64,000 bases of DNA from Candidatus Nomurabacteria bacterium (GCA_023898465.1 CP060223.1:672001-736000); one strand, 5' to 3'; shown: positions 39,754-49,159, counted from the stretch's first letter. A program made the numbers and translations. The notes: generated from the sequence alone by a model not told the origin.

Positions 39754-40275
39754 TCATGCTCGATTAATGTCATCACGTGCCGTACCAAATGCATCTCGAT
39801 GGCGCCGCCGCTCTTCCTCAGACAAAGAGCCTTCCAAGCTGGCGAGATTCCGCCAGCCTCGCCGCTTTGCCTCAGCCTCACTCAGCTCCACTTCTCGAGC
39901 AGTATTGTTCATTGCTCCTAGGACTCGAATTCTACTTTCCTCAGTAGAGCGTGTGGCTGCCGTCCTTTGATCCATGCTATCTATCATAGCTTGCAACTTT
40001 GCAGAAGTTCGCAAAGAGTCAGCACGGCGCTTCTCAACTGCATTCTGAAACCACACGCGCTCTTCTTCTTCCCTCTTCTGTATCCGGCTTACGGCTCCAA
40101 CAAAAAGAAGGACGAGAATGATTGGCCAGAACTTTGCTACCAGAAACGCAAACAACAGAAACACGATGATTCCTATGACTGCCATAAGGCACACTCCCTG
40201 TGTCACGGTGTAATAACCAAAAGAAGAAAGGGCATGCGCCCCTTGCGTATTTTCAAGGTCCTTTCCGTTCTTCAC
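39754..40275 (-). CDS. Hypothetical membrane protein with cytoplasmic Arg/Glu-rich coiled coil
   Basis: 173 aa; two TM helices (MAVIGIIVFLLFAFLVAKFWPIILVLLFVGAV); the track start at 40275 is a GTG codon; internal ATG (M31) is the alternative. Confidence 0.5.
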   Translation of the reverse strand: MKNGKDLENTQGAHALSSFGYYTVTQGVCLMAVIGIIVFLLFAFLVAKFWPIILVLLFVGAVSRIQKREEEERVWFQNAVEKRRADSLRTSAKLQAMIDSMDQRTAATRSTEESRIRVLGAMNNTAREVELSEAEAKRRGWRNLASLEGSLSEEERRRHRDAFGTARDDINRA

Positions 40276-40315
40276 TTTTTGTATAACTCTAATATCTTAG
40301 GAAGTCAATGGATAA

Positions 40316-40376
40316 GAAAAAGAGCCCCGCCTCGCACTTCGCTCACCCGAGGGTGAAAGAAGATACGAGACGGGGC
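40316..40376 (-). terminator. Long-hairpin rho-independent terminator (repeat copy 2)
   Basis: Minus strand: GCCCCGTCTCG-…TCACCCTCGGGTGA…-CGAGGCGGGGC + TCTTTTTCTTATCC. The T->C change in one arm is matched by A->G in the other relative to copy 1. Confidence 0.65.
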
Positions 40377-40407
40377 AAGGAGGCAGAGCTCGCCTGGTCG
40401 AAGATGA

Positions 40408-40959
40408 TCAGCCGAGCGTGGAGCTTCCGTGAAGCGTCTTCACGTCGATCTGCAGTGCCGCCGGGCCTCGAAAGTCACCGAGACGAAGTGACACTTCTTC
40501 TTGAACGTCGATCTGGTAGGAGCAGTCCATCTGGGTTTCATCACCCGCGTCCGGCAGGCGATCCCAGATGATGTACTGCGCCGTAGCATCCGGACCGGAT
40601 CGCGCAGTGACCTCCGGCACCGTGGTCCCATAGTGGCTGACGATGATGCTCTGAGTCCCCGGTTGTTCCGGCCGAGACGTCAGAACAGACTCGACCTGTA
40701 CCCACGGAGTCAGGGCGAAGTCGATCTGGACCTGATTGAAGCTGCTCTGATCCGAAGCCGGCAACAGAACAACCTCACCACCTGCGGAAGCGTAGAGACC
40801 GTCGGGAGCGATGGTGTTGTCGTCCATAGCGTACGTCGCCGCCATTTGAGACACACCCGGATCGTCCCCTCCGGCCGCGTAGATCGGCGGAGCGTGTGAA
40901 AGAGCGTAGCCGCACAGAACGATCAACGCGATCGCCCAGAGCGACAACTTCCTGAGCAT
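40408..40959 (-). CDS. Hypothetical secreted protein (signal peptide), GC-rich gene
   Basis: MLRKLSLWAIALIVLCGYALSHA signal peptide; GGAGG SD 7 nt upstream; no family recognised. Confidence 0.6.
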   Translation of the reverse strand: MLRKLSLWAIALIVLCGYALSHAPPIYAAGGDDPGVSQMAATYAMDDNTIAPDGLYASAGGEVVLLPASDQSSFNQVQIDFALTPWVQVESVLTSRPEQPGTQSIIVSHYGTTVPEVTARSGPDATAQYIIWDRLPDAGDETQMDCSYQIDVQEEVSLRLGDFRGPAALQIDVKTLHGSSTLG

Positions 40960-41092
40960 GTGGACCTCCTAAGGCGAAGTTCCATCTCGTAAGCAACGTT
41001 GCTACTCCCACAATACTTTTGTGGTGAGCATTCACATGGTAACTAAAAGCTTCTCGAGTAGTCAATAGAAGAAGATACACAGTGAATACTGC

Positions 41093-43807
41093 CTATAACT
41101 CAGGCGCCTGCTCGACTCGGATAACCCCACCAACCTCTAAAATCGCTTTATCACGACGACCTAACTGACCCTTTAAGAGATAGTCAGCTAATGCGTTATC
41201 AACTCGCTCTTGAATAACACGGCGCAAAGGTCGAGCACCAAAGACCGGATCAAATCCAATCTCAGCTAATTCCTGCACCGCAGCTTCAGTTGCTTCAAAA
41301 GTAATACCGCGACCCTCTAATTGTCGTTGCACCTTTGCAAGAAGTAGGCGCACGATCTGCACAATCTCATCCTTTTGCAATGGGCGGAATACGGTAATCT
41401 TATCAAAACGGTTGAGAAATTCTGGGCGATAATATTGATTCAGCACGGAGTTGATGAGCTCCTGCGTAATACCTTCAATCGTGGCCTTTTCTTGAATGCG
41501 TTTTTGAATCAGGTCTGAACCTGCGTTGGAGGTTGAAATGATAATCGTATTGGTGAAGTCGATCGTACGACCAATGCCATCAGTTAATCGGCCATCATCA
41601 AACACCTGCAGGAAAATATTCAACACATCAGGATGCGCCTTTTCCAATTCATCAAGCAAGACGAGAGAGAAGGGACTCTTGCGCACCGCTTCAGTTAAGT
41701 AACCGCCTACTGGACCCTGCGTGCCTTGATTACTACCGATCAGGCGAGAAATACTGCTCGGCTCCTGATACTCCGACATGTCGAGACGGATCATCGCATC
41801 CTCGGATCCAAAATACGCTTCGGCTAAAGTTTTTGCCAGCTCGGTTTTACCTACACCAGTCGGACCAAGGAAAAGGAAGGTGGCAATCGGTCGCTTTTGA
41901 TCACGCAATTCTGCTCGAGCACGACGGAGCGCTGCGGCAACTGCTTTGACTGCCTCATCCTGACCAATGATGCGCTGATGCATGGTTGATTCCAAGTTGA
42001 GTAACTTCTCAGACTCGGACTCATTCACTTTAGTTACTGCCACATGCGTTTTACTAGAAACAATCTTTGCCACATCTTCACCGTCTACAAAACTATTCTT
42101 ACCTTTGTGCTTATGAGCATCAACTGCAACTTCTTCCAGCAAGCTAATCGCTTTTTCCGGCAAGTAGCGATCGTGCATGTAGCGCTGTGAAAGGACTACG
42201 GTTTTTTCTAATGCATCGTAGGTAAAGAAAATGTGATGCTTATATTCAAGCGGACCGGCCTTCACCATAAGTATGCGCACCGCTCCATCAGTATCTACTT
42301 CCTGGCAATCAACTTTGGTAAAGGTGCTGGTGAGTGAAGATTGGTTTTCAATATAGCGCGTGTAGTCAATTGGATTAGTGGTGCCGATCACCTGCACTCG
42401 TCCGGTCTCCAGTGCCTGACTCAACACATCAGAGAGATCAAAACTCTCTCCACCGGCTGAAGAAATACCAACAATGTTTTGAATATTATCAATGAGTAAA
42501 ATGATATTTCCTGACTTCACCACTTCAGACAAAATCTGATTCAAGCGTCCTTCTAATTCTCCAGTTGACCCGGCATTACCAACCAGAGCTGCCACAGATA
42601 ATGAAACCAGGCGCTTATCTTTCAAAACATCCGGCACTTCCTCGGTCACCATGCGGCGAGCAATGCCATCGACAATCGCAGTCTTCCCTACGCCAGGATT
42701 ACCAACCAACATGGGACTGCCGCCTCGCTCCAAAACGCGAAACATTTCATCCAGCACTTCCTCACGTCCGACAGTCATCGGGACAGCGCCCCGTTGCGCT
42801 AAATCAGTTAAGTCATGGCTGTACTGATTCAGCATTCGAGTTTCTTGTGCCGTCATGGCCCGGTTCATACCACGCTTCGGTCGCCAAGCTGCCCGCTTAC
42901 GGAAACGCTTATACTGCTCGCACAAATCTTCCTCAATATGCGCCCAAGCCACAACGTGTCGCAGCTTGTTCTCATCTACTTCTAGGTCATAAAGAATATC
43001 CTGGGTGTGCGTTTCTGAAGTAGCTAAGGCGACCAAGACTTCCAGCACGCCAACTTGTTGACGCTTCGTTGCATAGGCTTCTCGATAGGCAGCGCAGAGT
43101 AGCTTTTTTGTTGAAGTGGAAAGATGCGGCTCCCCTGGCCAATCCTGTGGCATGCCAGTGAAAAGTTTCCCAATGCGTTGCTTCAATTGCTCGTACTGAA
43201 TATTTAAACGGGCAAAAAGTACAGCCGCTGTCCGCGTAGTTAACATTGCCGCTAAAATATGCGAGGGCCAAATTTCACGATGATTTAAATGATTCGCAAT
43301 ATCCCAAGCCTGCTGCAGCATGTGCTCTAACTCGTTGTCGAGCAAAGCTGGTAGGTCCTCTACTTTGTCGGCAAAATCTGCCTCGGAGATTTGCTCCAAG
43401 GACAATACCGTCTCCATCTCAGCTGGAGTCTGTCGCGTAATTTTCTTTCGCGGTTTTAACTCTCGCTCAATGCGAAAGTAGGCGTAACAGTCAGTTGCTA
43501 ATGAAATCCAAAAGATCAACATAGCTGGGCTGCGCAAATCCCAAAGGTCGAGCAGTGAAGCGCCGCCCTGAAGCAGTTGATACAACTCCCAAAAACCAAT
43601 GAGGAAACCCGCCAGACCAAAGAAGACTAGGAAACCGTTTATAAAGGCACGTAATCCTCGAGCAAACTTTTCGCCACTTACTTCGCTGCGACCAAATGTT
43701 TTATCCCAGTACAAAATCCGACTGCCAAACATCTCAGAGTAAGGCGCTGGTCGCTGGCCCTTTGGACTGGCCGGTGCTGGATTAGAAAAGCTGTCGGATG
43801 ATGGCAT
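41093..43807 (-). CDS. ClpA/B/C-family AAA+ chaperone ATPase with N-terminal 2-TM membrane anchor
   Basis: 904 aa. About 130-aa N-terminal extension with two hydrophobic helices; Clp_N repeats; AAA-1 (GNPGVGKTA, Walker B IILLIDNIQ); AAA-2 (GPTGVGKTE, LVLLDELEKAH, sensor motifs). No obvious long ClpB middle domain. Confidence 0.85.
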   Translation of the reverse strand: MPSSDSFSNPAPASPKGQRPAPYSEMFGSRILYWDKTFGRSEVSGEKFARGLRAFINGFLVFFGLAGFLIGFWELYQLLQGGASLLDLWDLRSPAMLIFWISLATDCYAYFRIERELKPRKKITRQTPAEMETVLSLEQISEADFADKVEDLPALLDNELEHMLQQAWDIANHLNHREIWPSHILAAMLTTRTAAVLFARLNIQYEQLKQRIGKLFTGMPQDWPGEPHLSTSTKKLLCAAYREAYATKRQQVGVLEVLVALATSETHTQDILYDLEVDENKLRHVVAWAHIEEDLCEQYKRFRKRAAWRPKRGMNRAMTAQETRMLNQYSHDLTDLAQRGAVPMTVGREEVLDEMFRVLERGGSPMLVGNPGVGKTAIVDGIARRMVTEEVPDVLKDKRLVSLSVAALVGNAGSTGELEGRLNQILSEVVKSGNIILLIDNIQNIVGISSAGGESFDLSDVLSQALETGRVQVIGTTNPIDYTRYIENQSSLTSTFTKVDCQEVDTDGAVRILMVKAGPLEYKHHIFFTYDALEKTVVLSQRYMHDRYLPEKAISLLEEVAVDAHKHKGKNSFVDGEDVAKIVSSKTHVAVTKVNESESEKLLNLESTMHQRIIGQDEAVKAVAAALRRARAELRDQKRPIATFLFLGPTGVGKTELAKTLAEAYFGSEDAMIRLDMSEYQEPSSISRLIGSNQGTQGPVGGYLTEAVRKSPFSLVLLDELEKAHPDVLNIFLQVFDDGRLTDGIGRTIDFTNTIIISTSNAGSDLIQKRIQEKATIEGITQELINSVLNQYYRPEFLNRFDKITVFRPLQKDEIVQIVRLLLAKVQRQLEGRGITFEATEAAVQELAEIGFDPVFGARPLRRVIQERVDNALADYLLKGQLGRRDKAILEVGGVIRVEQAPEL

Positions 43808-44189
43808 AGGTAATAATTGGTGGTGTGGCTAACCACACTATGACGAAAACGCTCATGATGAGGAACCAAAGCACAAAGACAAAGAGGCGTCCGACTAGGA
43901 CCACAATACGCAAGAAGAAACTAATAATACGACCGCTCTTGGTGTAGTCGCCGTACATTGGCGTGAACATGTTACGCAGCCAAATGCGTAACGATAACTG
44001 TTCAGCCCGGCCGCGCATCTGCGACAACCAGAAACGACCTAATTGCATGAGGCCACCGCTATACCACCAAAATGGAAAGCGAACAACGTCAAAAAGCAGC
44101 TCCTGGAATAAGAAGCTGAAGGAATATTGCGTCTGGCTTCGCGATCGATACATGGCTTGTGTTTTTCTTTTCACTTTTACTTTACGCAT
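43782..44189 (-). CDS. Hypothetical small membrane protein
   Basis: 135-aa ORF, 2-3 TM helices, overlaps the clpC-like start by 26 nt; start uncertain (M13 alternative). Confidence 0.4.
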   Translation of the reverse strand: MRKVKVKRKTQAMYRSRSQTQYSFSFLFQELLFDVVRFPFWWYSGGLMQLGRFWLSQMRGRAEQLSLRIWLRNMFTPMYGDYTKSGRIISFFLRIVVLVGRLFVFVLWFLIMSVFVIVWLATPPIITYAIIRQLF

Positions 44190-44267
44190 GCATTATAGCA
44201 TTTTTTTTCGCGTTTGGCAAGACTCTATTCTTTTAGCTTCCTTTCTTTTGAAGGAAAAGGAGGAATA

Positions 44268-44300
44268 ACAAAAACCGCGACAAGGCGGGGACGCCCTGTC
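44268..44300 (-). terminator. Rho-independent terminator after tgt
   Basis: Minus: GACAGGGCG-TCCC-CGCCTTGTC followed by GCGGTTTTTGTTATT. Confidence 0.6.
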
Positions 44301-44309
44301 TACAAGAAA

Positions 44310-45413
44310 CTATAACTGCCCTAGGCGAATCTGTGCTCGAATCTTCTCCATCAAGCGGAGATAGAATCGCACATTATGGATGGTGCACAAGCGCTGCGCC
44401 AAAGGATCCTCTGTGGCAAACAAATGCCGGATGTAGGCGCGTGTTGTTGTCTGGCAAGTTGCACAATCACAGCTGGTATCAATCGGACGCAAATCAGACT
44501 TATATTTTGCATTGGCAATTTTTAGCACCTCGTAAAATTTCCCACGCAGCTCATCACGCTTCCAGACAAATAAAGAACCATGGCGTGCGTTTCGGGTTGG
44601 CACTACGCAGTCAAACATATCAACACCTTGCTGCACCGCTTCCACAATTTGCTCGGGCGGACCAACGCCCATGAGGTAATGTGCTGAGTCCTGCGGCAAC
44701 TCGGGTACGGTCCACTCTAAAACGCGATACATTTCCTTGGCCGTCTCACCCACCGCTAATCCACCAATCGCAAATCCATCAAAGGGCATCTCGCGCAAGG
44801 TCTGCGCATGCGCGATACGGAGATCTTTCTCCCCCGCTCCCTGCACAATAGCAAAACGTAATTGCCCCTGGGTGCGCTTCACCTTGGTACTGCGCTCAGC
44901 CCAGTGCGTGGTTAAAGCAATTGATCGCTCTATCTCCGCACGCGAACTATGAAAAGGCGGACACACATCAAGCAGCATTGCAATGTCAGTACCTAAACGT
45001 GATTGAATATCCAGTGCCCGCTCTGGAGTCAGGAAATGTTTACTGCCATCAACCGTATCTCGGAAACGAACGCCGCGCCGGCTGAGCACGCGGTGCTTGG
45101 CCAAACTAAACACCTGATAGCCGCCCGAGTCAGTTAAGATGGGACCTTGCCATCCCATGAAGTCATGCAGGTCGCCAGCTTTTTGAATGACCGAGAGACC
45201 CGGCCGCAGCCACAGATGATAGGTGTTTGATAAAATAATGTGTGCACCCAGTCCGCGCATAGAGGAAATTTCTAAAGCCCGAACTGAACCACGTGTCGCG
45301 ATCGGCATAAAAAAAGGCGTGGGAATATTCCCATGCGCAGTCGTGAGGCGGCCGAGGCGCGCCTGACTTTTTCGCGATGTTTTGAGCAGCCGAAACGCTT
45401 TATTCCGTGCCAT
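44310..45413 (-). CDS. tgt: Queuine tRNA-ribosyltransferase (tRNA-guanine transglycosylase)
   Basis: …ARLGRLTTAHGNIPTPFFMPIATRGSV… canonical Tgt N-terminus; zinc site C-x-C-x2-C…H near the C-terminus. Confidence 0.92.
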   Translation of the reverse strand: MARNKAFRLLKTSRKSQARLGRLTTAHGNIPTPFFMPIATRGSVRALEISSMRGLGAHIILSNTYHLWLRPGLSVIQKAGDLHDFMGWQGPILTDSGGYQVFSLAKHRVLSRRGVRFRDTVDGSKHFLTPERALDIQSRLGTDIAMLLDVCPPFHSSRAEIERSIALTTHWAERSTKVKRTQGQLRFAIVQGAGEKDLRIAHAQTLREMPFDGFAIGGLAVGETAKEMYRVLEWTVPELPQDSAHYLMGVGPPEQIVEAVQQGVDMFDCVVPTRNARHGSLFVWKRDELRGKFYEVLKIANAKYKSDLRPIDTSCDCATCQTTTRAYIRHLFATEDPLAQRLCTIHNVRFYLRLMEKIRAQIRLGQL

Positions 45414-47376
45414 TGTTGCCGTCTGTCACTACACCCTGACCGGTGGCATATTGATCCGCATCAAGGTTAGTGGTGAGTGAATCGTCAGAGACGCTTAAGG
45501 CCTCGTTGGTAAAACTGTCAGTGCCCTCTAACTTGGATGCATCAAGTAAAACCATAACCTTACCCAGGTCACTAGCATTTGGCGTCACCGCAACTTCAAA
45601 GCTGGCGCTTAATGCGTCACTGCTATAACCAACCCCGGCTGGTACGCGGCTAAATTGCCAAGTGATAGTCCGATCGCTGGGGGTAAAGGTAATTGATCCC
45701 AAGCTAGTGGAAATATTTTTCCCAGCCCAAAATACATTGCTCGGTAAGGTGGCGGAAATCTTCACGTTTCCCAATTCATTTACTGTATTGCTCACCTTCC
45801 AAAACAAACGATAGGTTGTAGTTTCTCCAACTTGCGGAGGCAAGGGCCCATCGCCAATTTTAGTAAAGTCTTCGGAATAGTAGCGCGCCTCGGCCGCCAA
45901 AGATGCCTGAGTGATGAGCTTCACAGTAATCGGCTGACTACTCGCCTGCACCTGACTTGCACCGAGCTCCTCTGCCTCACCCTCTATACTCGCCTGCCCA
46001 ATAAGCTCTGGGTTAGTCACTGAACTGTCGCTGGCTAAGCTATCAAGTAATTGCACGCTAATGGTAAATTCATCCTTGCTGCCAGAACGCAACTCGCCTA
46101 AGTCCTCAATTTGCTCCTTGGTCCATATCAAGGTATTTCCCTCGCGCTGAGCTGAATGCGGCTCAACCAAGCTGTCCCAATCAACCAAATCTCCATCGAG
46201 CTGAACCCGTAGCGTTACATCTCGAATCACTTCATCAGTTTGATTCGCATAGCTCAAGGTATATTGCAGAGTGCTACCAAAAGTTAACGCGCGATCTTCA
46301 TGTCCGCTGTTTAGACTGAGGTCTACATTGAGTTCCGGTCGTACCAACTGCACAATAATGCGCTGCTCGGTTTGTAATTGAAAGCTGCCTGTGTTGGATA
46401 AGATGCCCACCCGCGCGACAAGCTCCTGCAAAGAATCAACATCACCGCTCAATTGAGCAGTCACCTGCACCCGCTCTTCATCACCGGGCGCTAAATCCGC
46501 AAAGGTCCACGTCTTCCCCACCTCGGCTGCTGGGTCACTCGACTTCATGCTAAACCCGTCTGGAGTATCTAAAGTTAGTCGCGCCTGGCTGATATCTTCC
46601 TCTGAATTATTTTTCACCAGGAGCTCATACTGCACTTCGCTATCTGGAATCACGCGAGAGGGGCCGTCAAACTGCAGTCCGAGATTAGACTGGGAAATGG
46701 TGAAACTCTCACTAGACTGAGTCACGAATTCTGAGTTAAAGGTCGCTGGCACATAGCTGAGAATAGCCGTGATGCTATGTTCGCTGCCCACATCACCGAC
46801 CACGGTACCGGTGATGGTTATGCGTCGTCCATAACCTGAATCCATATCACCGAGCAGGAAGGAATTTTTTGCATCATTAGCCGGCGCAATGCTCGTATTG
46901 GTTACCTTGAAGCCGTCAGGATAGTTAATATTGAGCTCAGCTGATCGCAGCTTCACTGCTTCACCATTCTGTATAAGTAATTCAAAACTTAGTTCGCCAC
47001 CCGAAGCTACATCGGTCGGCACTTCCATCTTCACTTGTACTTTATTGCCCGTGAAACGCTGCCCGGAAGTGAAATAGAAAAAGCCGGCCACTGCTGCCAC
47101 GACAATCAAGCTCAGGATGCTAAAGAAGGCGATCTTACCCCAAGGCTTTCGCGTCGACTTCTTCCGCGTTATGGTGGTCATGTCCGTCTTCTCCGCCTTT
47201 TCCTCGGCCTGCAAAACTTCAGCAAAGGCTTGCAAGCGTTCGTCGGTCATTTCGTCATCCTGTTTGATGTCGATTTTTTTTGGCTCGTTTTCCTTCTTTG
47301 CTTCTGCCGGCTTCTCAGGAGTTTCCGGTGCTTTCGGTGCAGACTTTTTCTCGGTTTTTCGTGAAGATTTTGCCAT
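45400..47376 (-). CDS. Hypothetical membrane-anchored protein with Lys/Glu-rich N-terminus and repeated beta-rich extracytoplasmic domains
   Basis: 658 aa; single TM (IAFFSILSLIVVAAVAGFFYF) after an about 80-aa charged cytoplasmic tail; overlaps tgt start by 14 nt. Confidence 0.6.
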   Translation of the reverse strand: MAKSSRKTEKKSAPKAPETPEKPAEAKKENEPKKIDIKQDDEMTDERLQAFAEVLQAEEKAEKTDMTTITRKKSTRKPWGKIAFFSILSLIVVAAVAGFFYFTSGQRFTGNKVQVKMEVPTDVASGGELSFELLIQNGEAVKLRSAELNINYPDGFKVTNTSIAPANDAKNSFLLGDMDSGYGRRITITGTVVGDVGSEHSITAILSYVPATFNSEFVTQSSESFTISQSNLGLQFDGPSRVIPDSEVQYELLVKNNSEEDISQARLTLDTPDGFSMKSSDPAAEVGKTWTFADLAPGDEERVQVTAQLSGDVDSLQELVARVGILSNTGSFQLQTEQRIIVQLVRPELNVDLSLNSGHEDRALTFGSTLQYTLSYANQTDEVIRDVTLRVQLDGDLVDWDSLVEPHSAQREGNTLIWTKEQIEDLGELRSGSKDEFTISVQLLDSLASDSSVTNPELIGQASIEGEAEELGASQVQASSQPITVKLITQASLAAEARYYSEDFTKIGDGPLPPQVGETTTYRLFWKVSNTVNELGNVKISATLPSNVFWAGKNISTSLGSITFTPSDRTITWQFSRVPAGVGYSSDALSASFEVAVTPNASDLGKVMVLLDASKLEGTDSFTNEALSVSDDSLTTNLDADQYATGQGVVTDGNNGTE

Positions 47377-47746
47377 AGCCTGTACAGTATAGCAGGAAAA
47401 TTGTACTTACGTCAGACCTCATGCTCCCCTTTGCCCCTAGAAAAAAACCCATGGCAGCTCCTTTAGATATCAACTCCATGTCTATCTGAGCTTAGGGGTT
47501 TGGGGATCATTCATTAAGTGAGAAGTCTCTGTCTCTTTGTCGCCGCTAGAAAAAACCCGTGGCATTCTGCCGCGAGTTGTGACGCTCCCGTCTTGGGCGG
47601 GACAGCTTTGCTTTGTCTGACGATACGAGGCTTCGAGTGAGGAGTTGCAAAGCTGAGGAGCAGACGAGCAAAGATATGCCCGAGTTTTTGAGCGCGGCGA
47701 ATGTTTCTTTTGTCCTCCTTTTCTTTTCCAAAGAAAAGGAGGGCTC

Positions 47747-48484
47747 CTATTTCACTTTCCGCATCTGCACCCAAAAATATTCCGTGGGTAGCTTTGCACC
47801 CAGCTGCACCCGTAATGTCTGTTCAATCACTTTCGCCACCAGGTCATTTGCCTCACGCGGAATCACCTCGGTATCCAAAGTATGTAAAGCGAGGAGCTGC
47901 TGACGCACATCATCCGGCAAAGCAAAAGCGCCTACCTGCTCTTTGGCACACTTTGCGCAAAGAGCTCCGCCCGCATCTGCGCTGTAATAGGATTCTTGAC
48001 CTAGGTCTTTGCCACAACGTGCACAAATGTCGAGACGAGGTTGTAAGCCTAGTAGCGTGAACAGCTTCCACAAAAAACGTCGGACAATCGGGCTCGCTTG
48101 CTCAGGCTGCGCATCCATATCCAGGAGGCTCTGTCGCAGAGATGTGAAAAGTTCCAGGTCAGGATGATTTGGCTGCGTGAGACGGGTTACCACCTGGGCC
48201 AAAAAGTTGGCTGCAGCAAAGGCATCAAGGTTGTTTCGTAATCCAGCGAGACTATGCAGCATGACACTCCCAATCACCCGATCAAATCTTCCGCGAGCAA
48301 TGTGCAGGCGTATTTCTGATAAGGGCTCGAGCGAACCAGCCAACTTGCTGCTGATCTTCTGCGTGCCCTTGGCGATCAACTCCAGCTTACCCAACTCTTT
48401 GGTAAACACCACAATGCGCCGATCATGCTCGCGCAATGGTCGCCGCTCCAGAACAATGGCATGGGTTTCGGTGGTGAGGGACAT
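47747..48484 (-). CDS. recO: DNA repair protein RecO
   Basis: N-terminal OB fold (…AIVLERRPLREHDRRIVVFTKELGKL…) and C-terminal Cys4 zinc finger (CARCG…CAKC). Confidence 0.85.
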   Translation of the reverse strand: MSLTTETHAIVLERRPLREHDRRIVVFTKELGKLELIAKGTQKISSKLAGSLEPLSEIRLHIARGRFDRVIGSVMLHSLAGLRNNLDAFAAANFLAQVVTRLTQPNHPDLELFTSLRQSLLDMDAQPEQASPIVRRFLWKLFTLLGLQPRLDICARCGKDLGQESYYSADAGGALCAKCAKEQVGAFALPDDVRQQLLALHTLDTEVIPREANDLVAKVIEQTLRVQLGAKLPTEYFWVQMRKVK

Positions 48485-48495
48485 AAGCTTATTCG

Positions 48496-49056
48496 CTAGG
48501 TAGAAAGCGCACTACGAACACTTGCAAATAAGGAACTATAGTCAATTTCTTCGGGTTTAGTGGTGTCTATCTCAATCACACTTCCCTCAACTTGAAGCTG
48601 ATCAACTTGAGCATTTAAGAGTTCGACGGAAAATTCGTCGTAATTGGTCTGATCAACATGTCCCGGGTGTCGCTGTCCTGACTCAGCCCGATCTTTAAAG
48701 CGCTGGAGCAAAACCTTACCATCTGCTGTACAAATAATCTGGATAATTCGGGCGCCATAACGTTTCTGTAATTCTTGCATTTTAAGGTTATCATTTTCAG
48801 AACGAAAATTACTTTCAACAATACATGAGATACCTGCCTGAAGCATCTTCTCAAGCGTAAAGTACAGAATTGAATATGAAGCAATGCCCAACTTTCGTGA
48901 CCAGGCACGATCACTCCAACCTAAAGTATCAAATAACTGCTCCTTGATATCATCCCGAGCTATAAGAGGAAAATGAAATTCATCAACAATCTTTCGAGCT
49001 AAAGTTGTTTTTCCCGAGCCGGGCAAACCGGTAATGAGGATAAGAAGCGGCGACAT
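48496..49056 (-). CDS. P-loop NTPase / predicted kinase (AAA_33 / zeta-toxin-like fold)
   Basis: Start set at MSPLLILITGLPGSGKTT (ATG 49056); Walker A GLPGSGKT, Walker B-like …CIVESNF…; 186 aa. Confidence 0.6.
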   Translation of the reverse strand: MSPLLILITGLPGSGKTTLARKIVDEFHFPLIARDDIKEQLFDTLGWSDRAWSRKLGIASYSILYFTLEKMLQAGISCIVESNFRSENDNLKMQELQKRYGARIIQIICTADGKVLLQRFKDRAESGQRHPGHVDQTNYDEFSVELLNAQVDQLQVEGSVIEIDTTKPEEIDYSSLFASVRSALST

Positions 49057-49130
49057 AAAATCTCTAGTCTTGAATAGGAAGTATGGAAACTTGACTATAG
49101 CATTAATGCCTGACAAGAAAGAATGACTAC

Positions 49131-49159
49131 TTGACAAAATGTATAATATATGCTATACT
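49131..49159 (+). promoter_or_regulatory. Near-consensus sigma70 promoter with extended -10 (TTGACA-17-TGcTATACT)
   Basis: TTGACA 49131-49136; 17-nt AT-rich spacer; TG at 49151-52; TATACT 49154-49159; additional TTGAC-like repeats just upstream. Confidence 0.55.
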
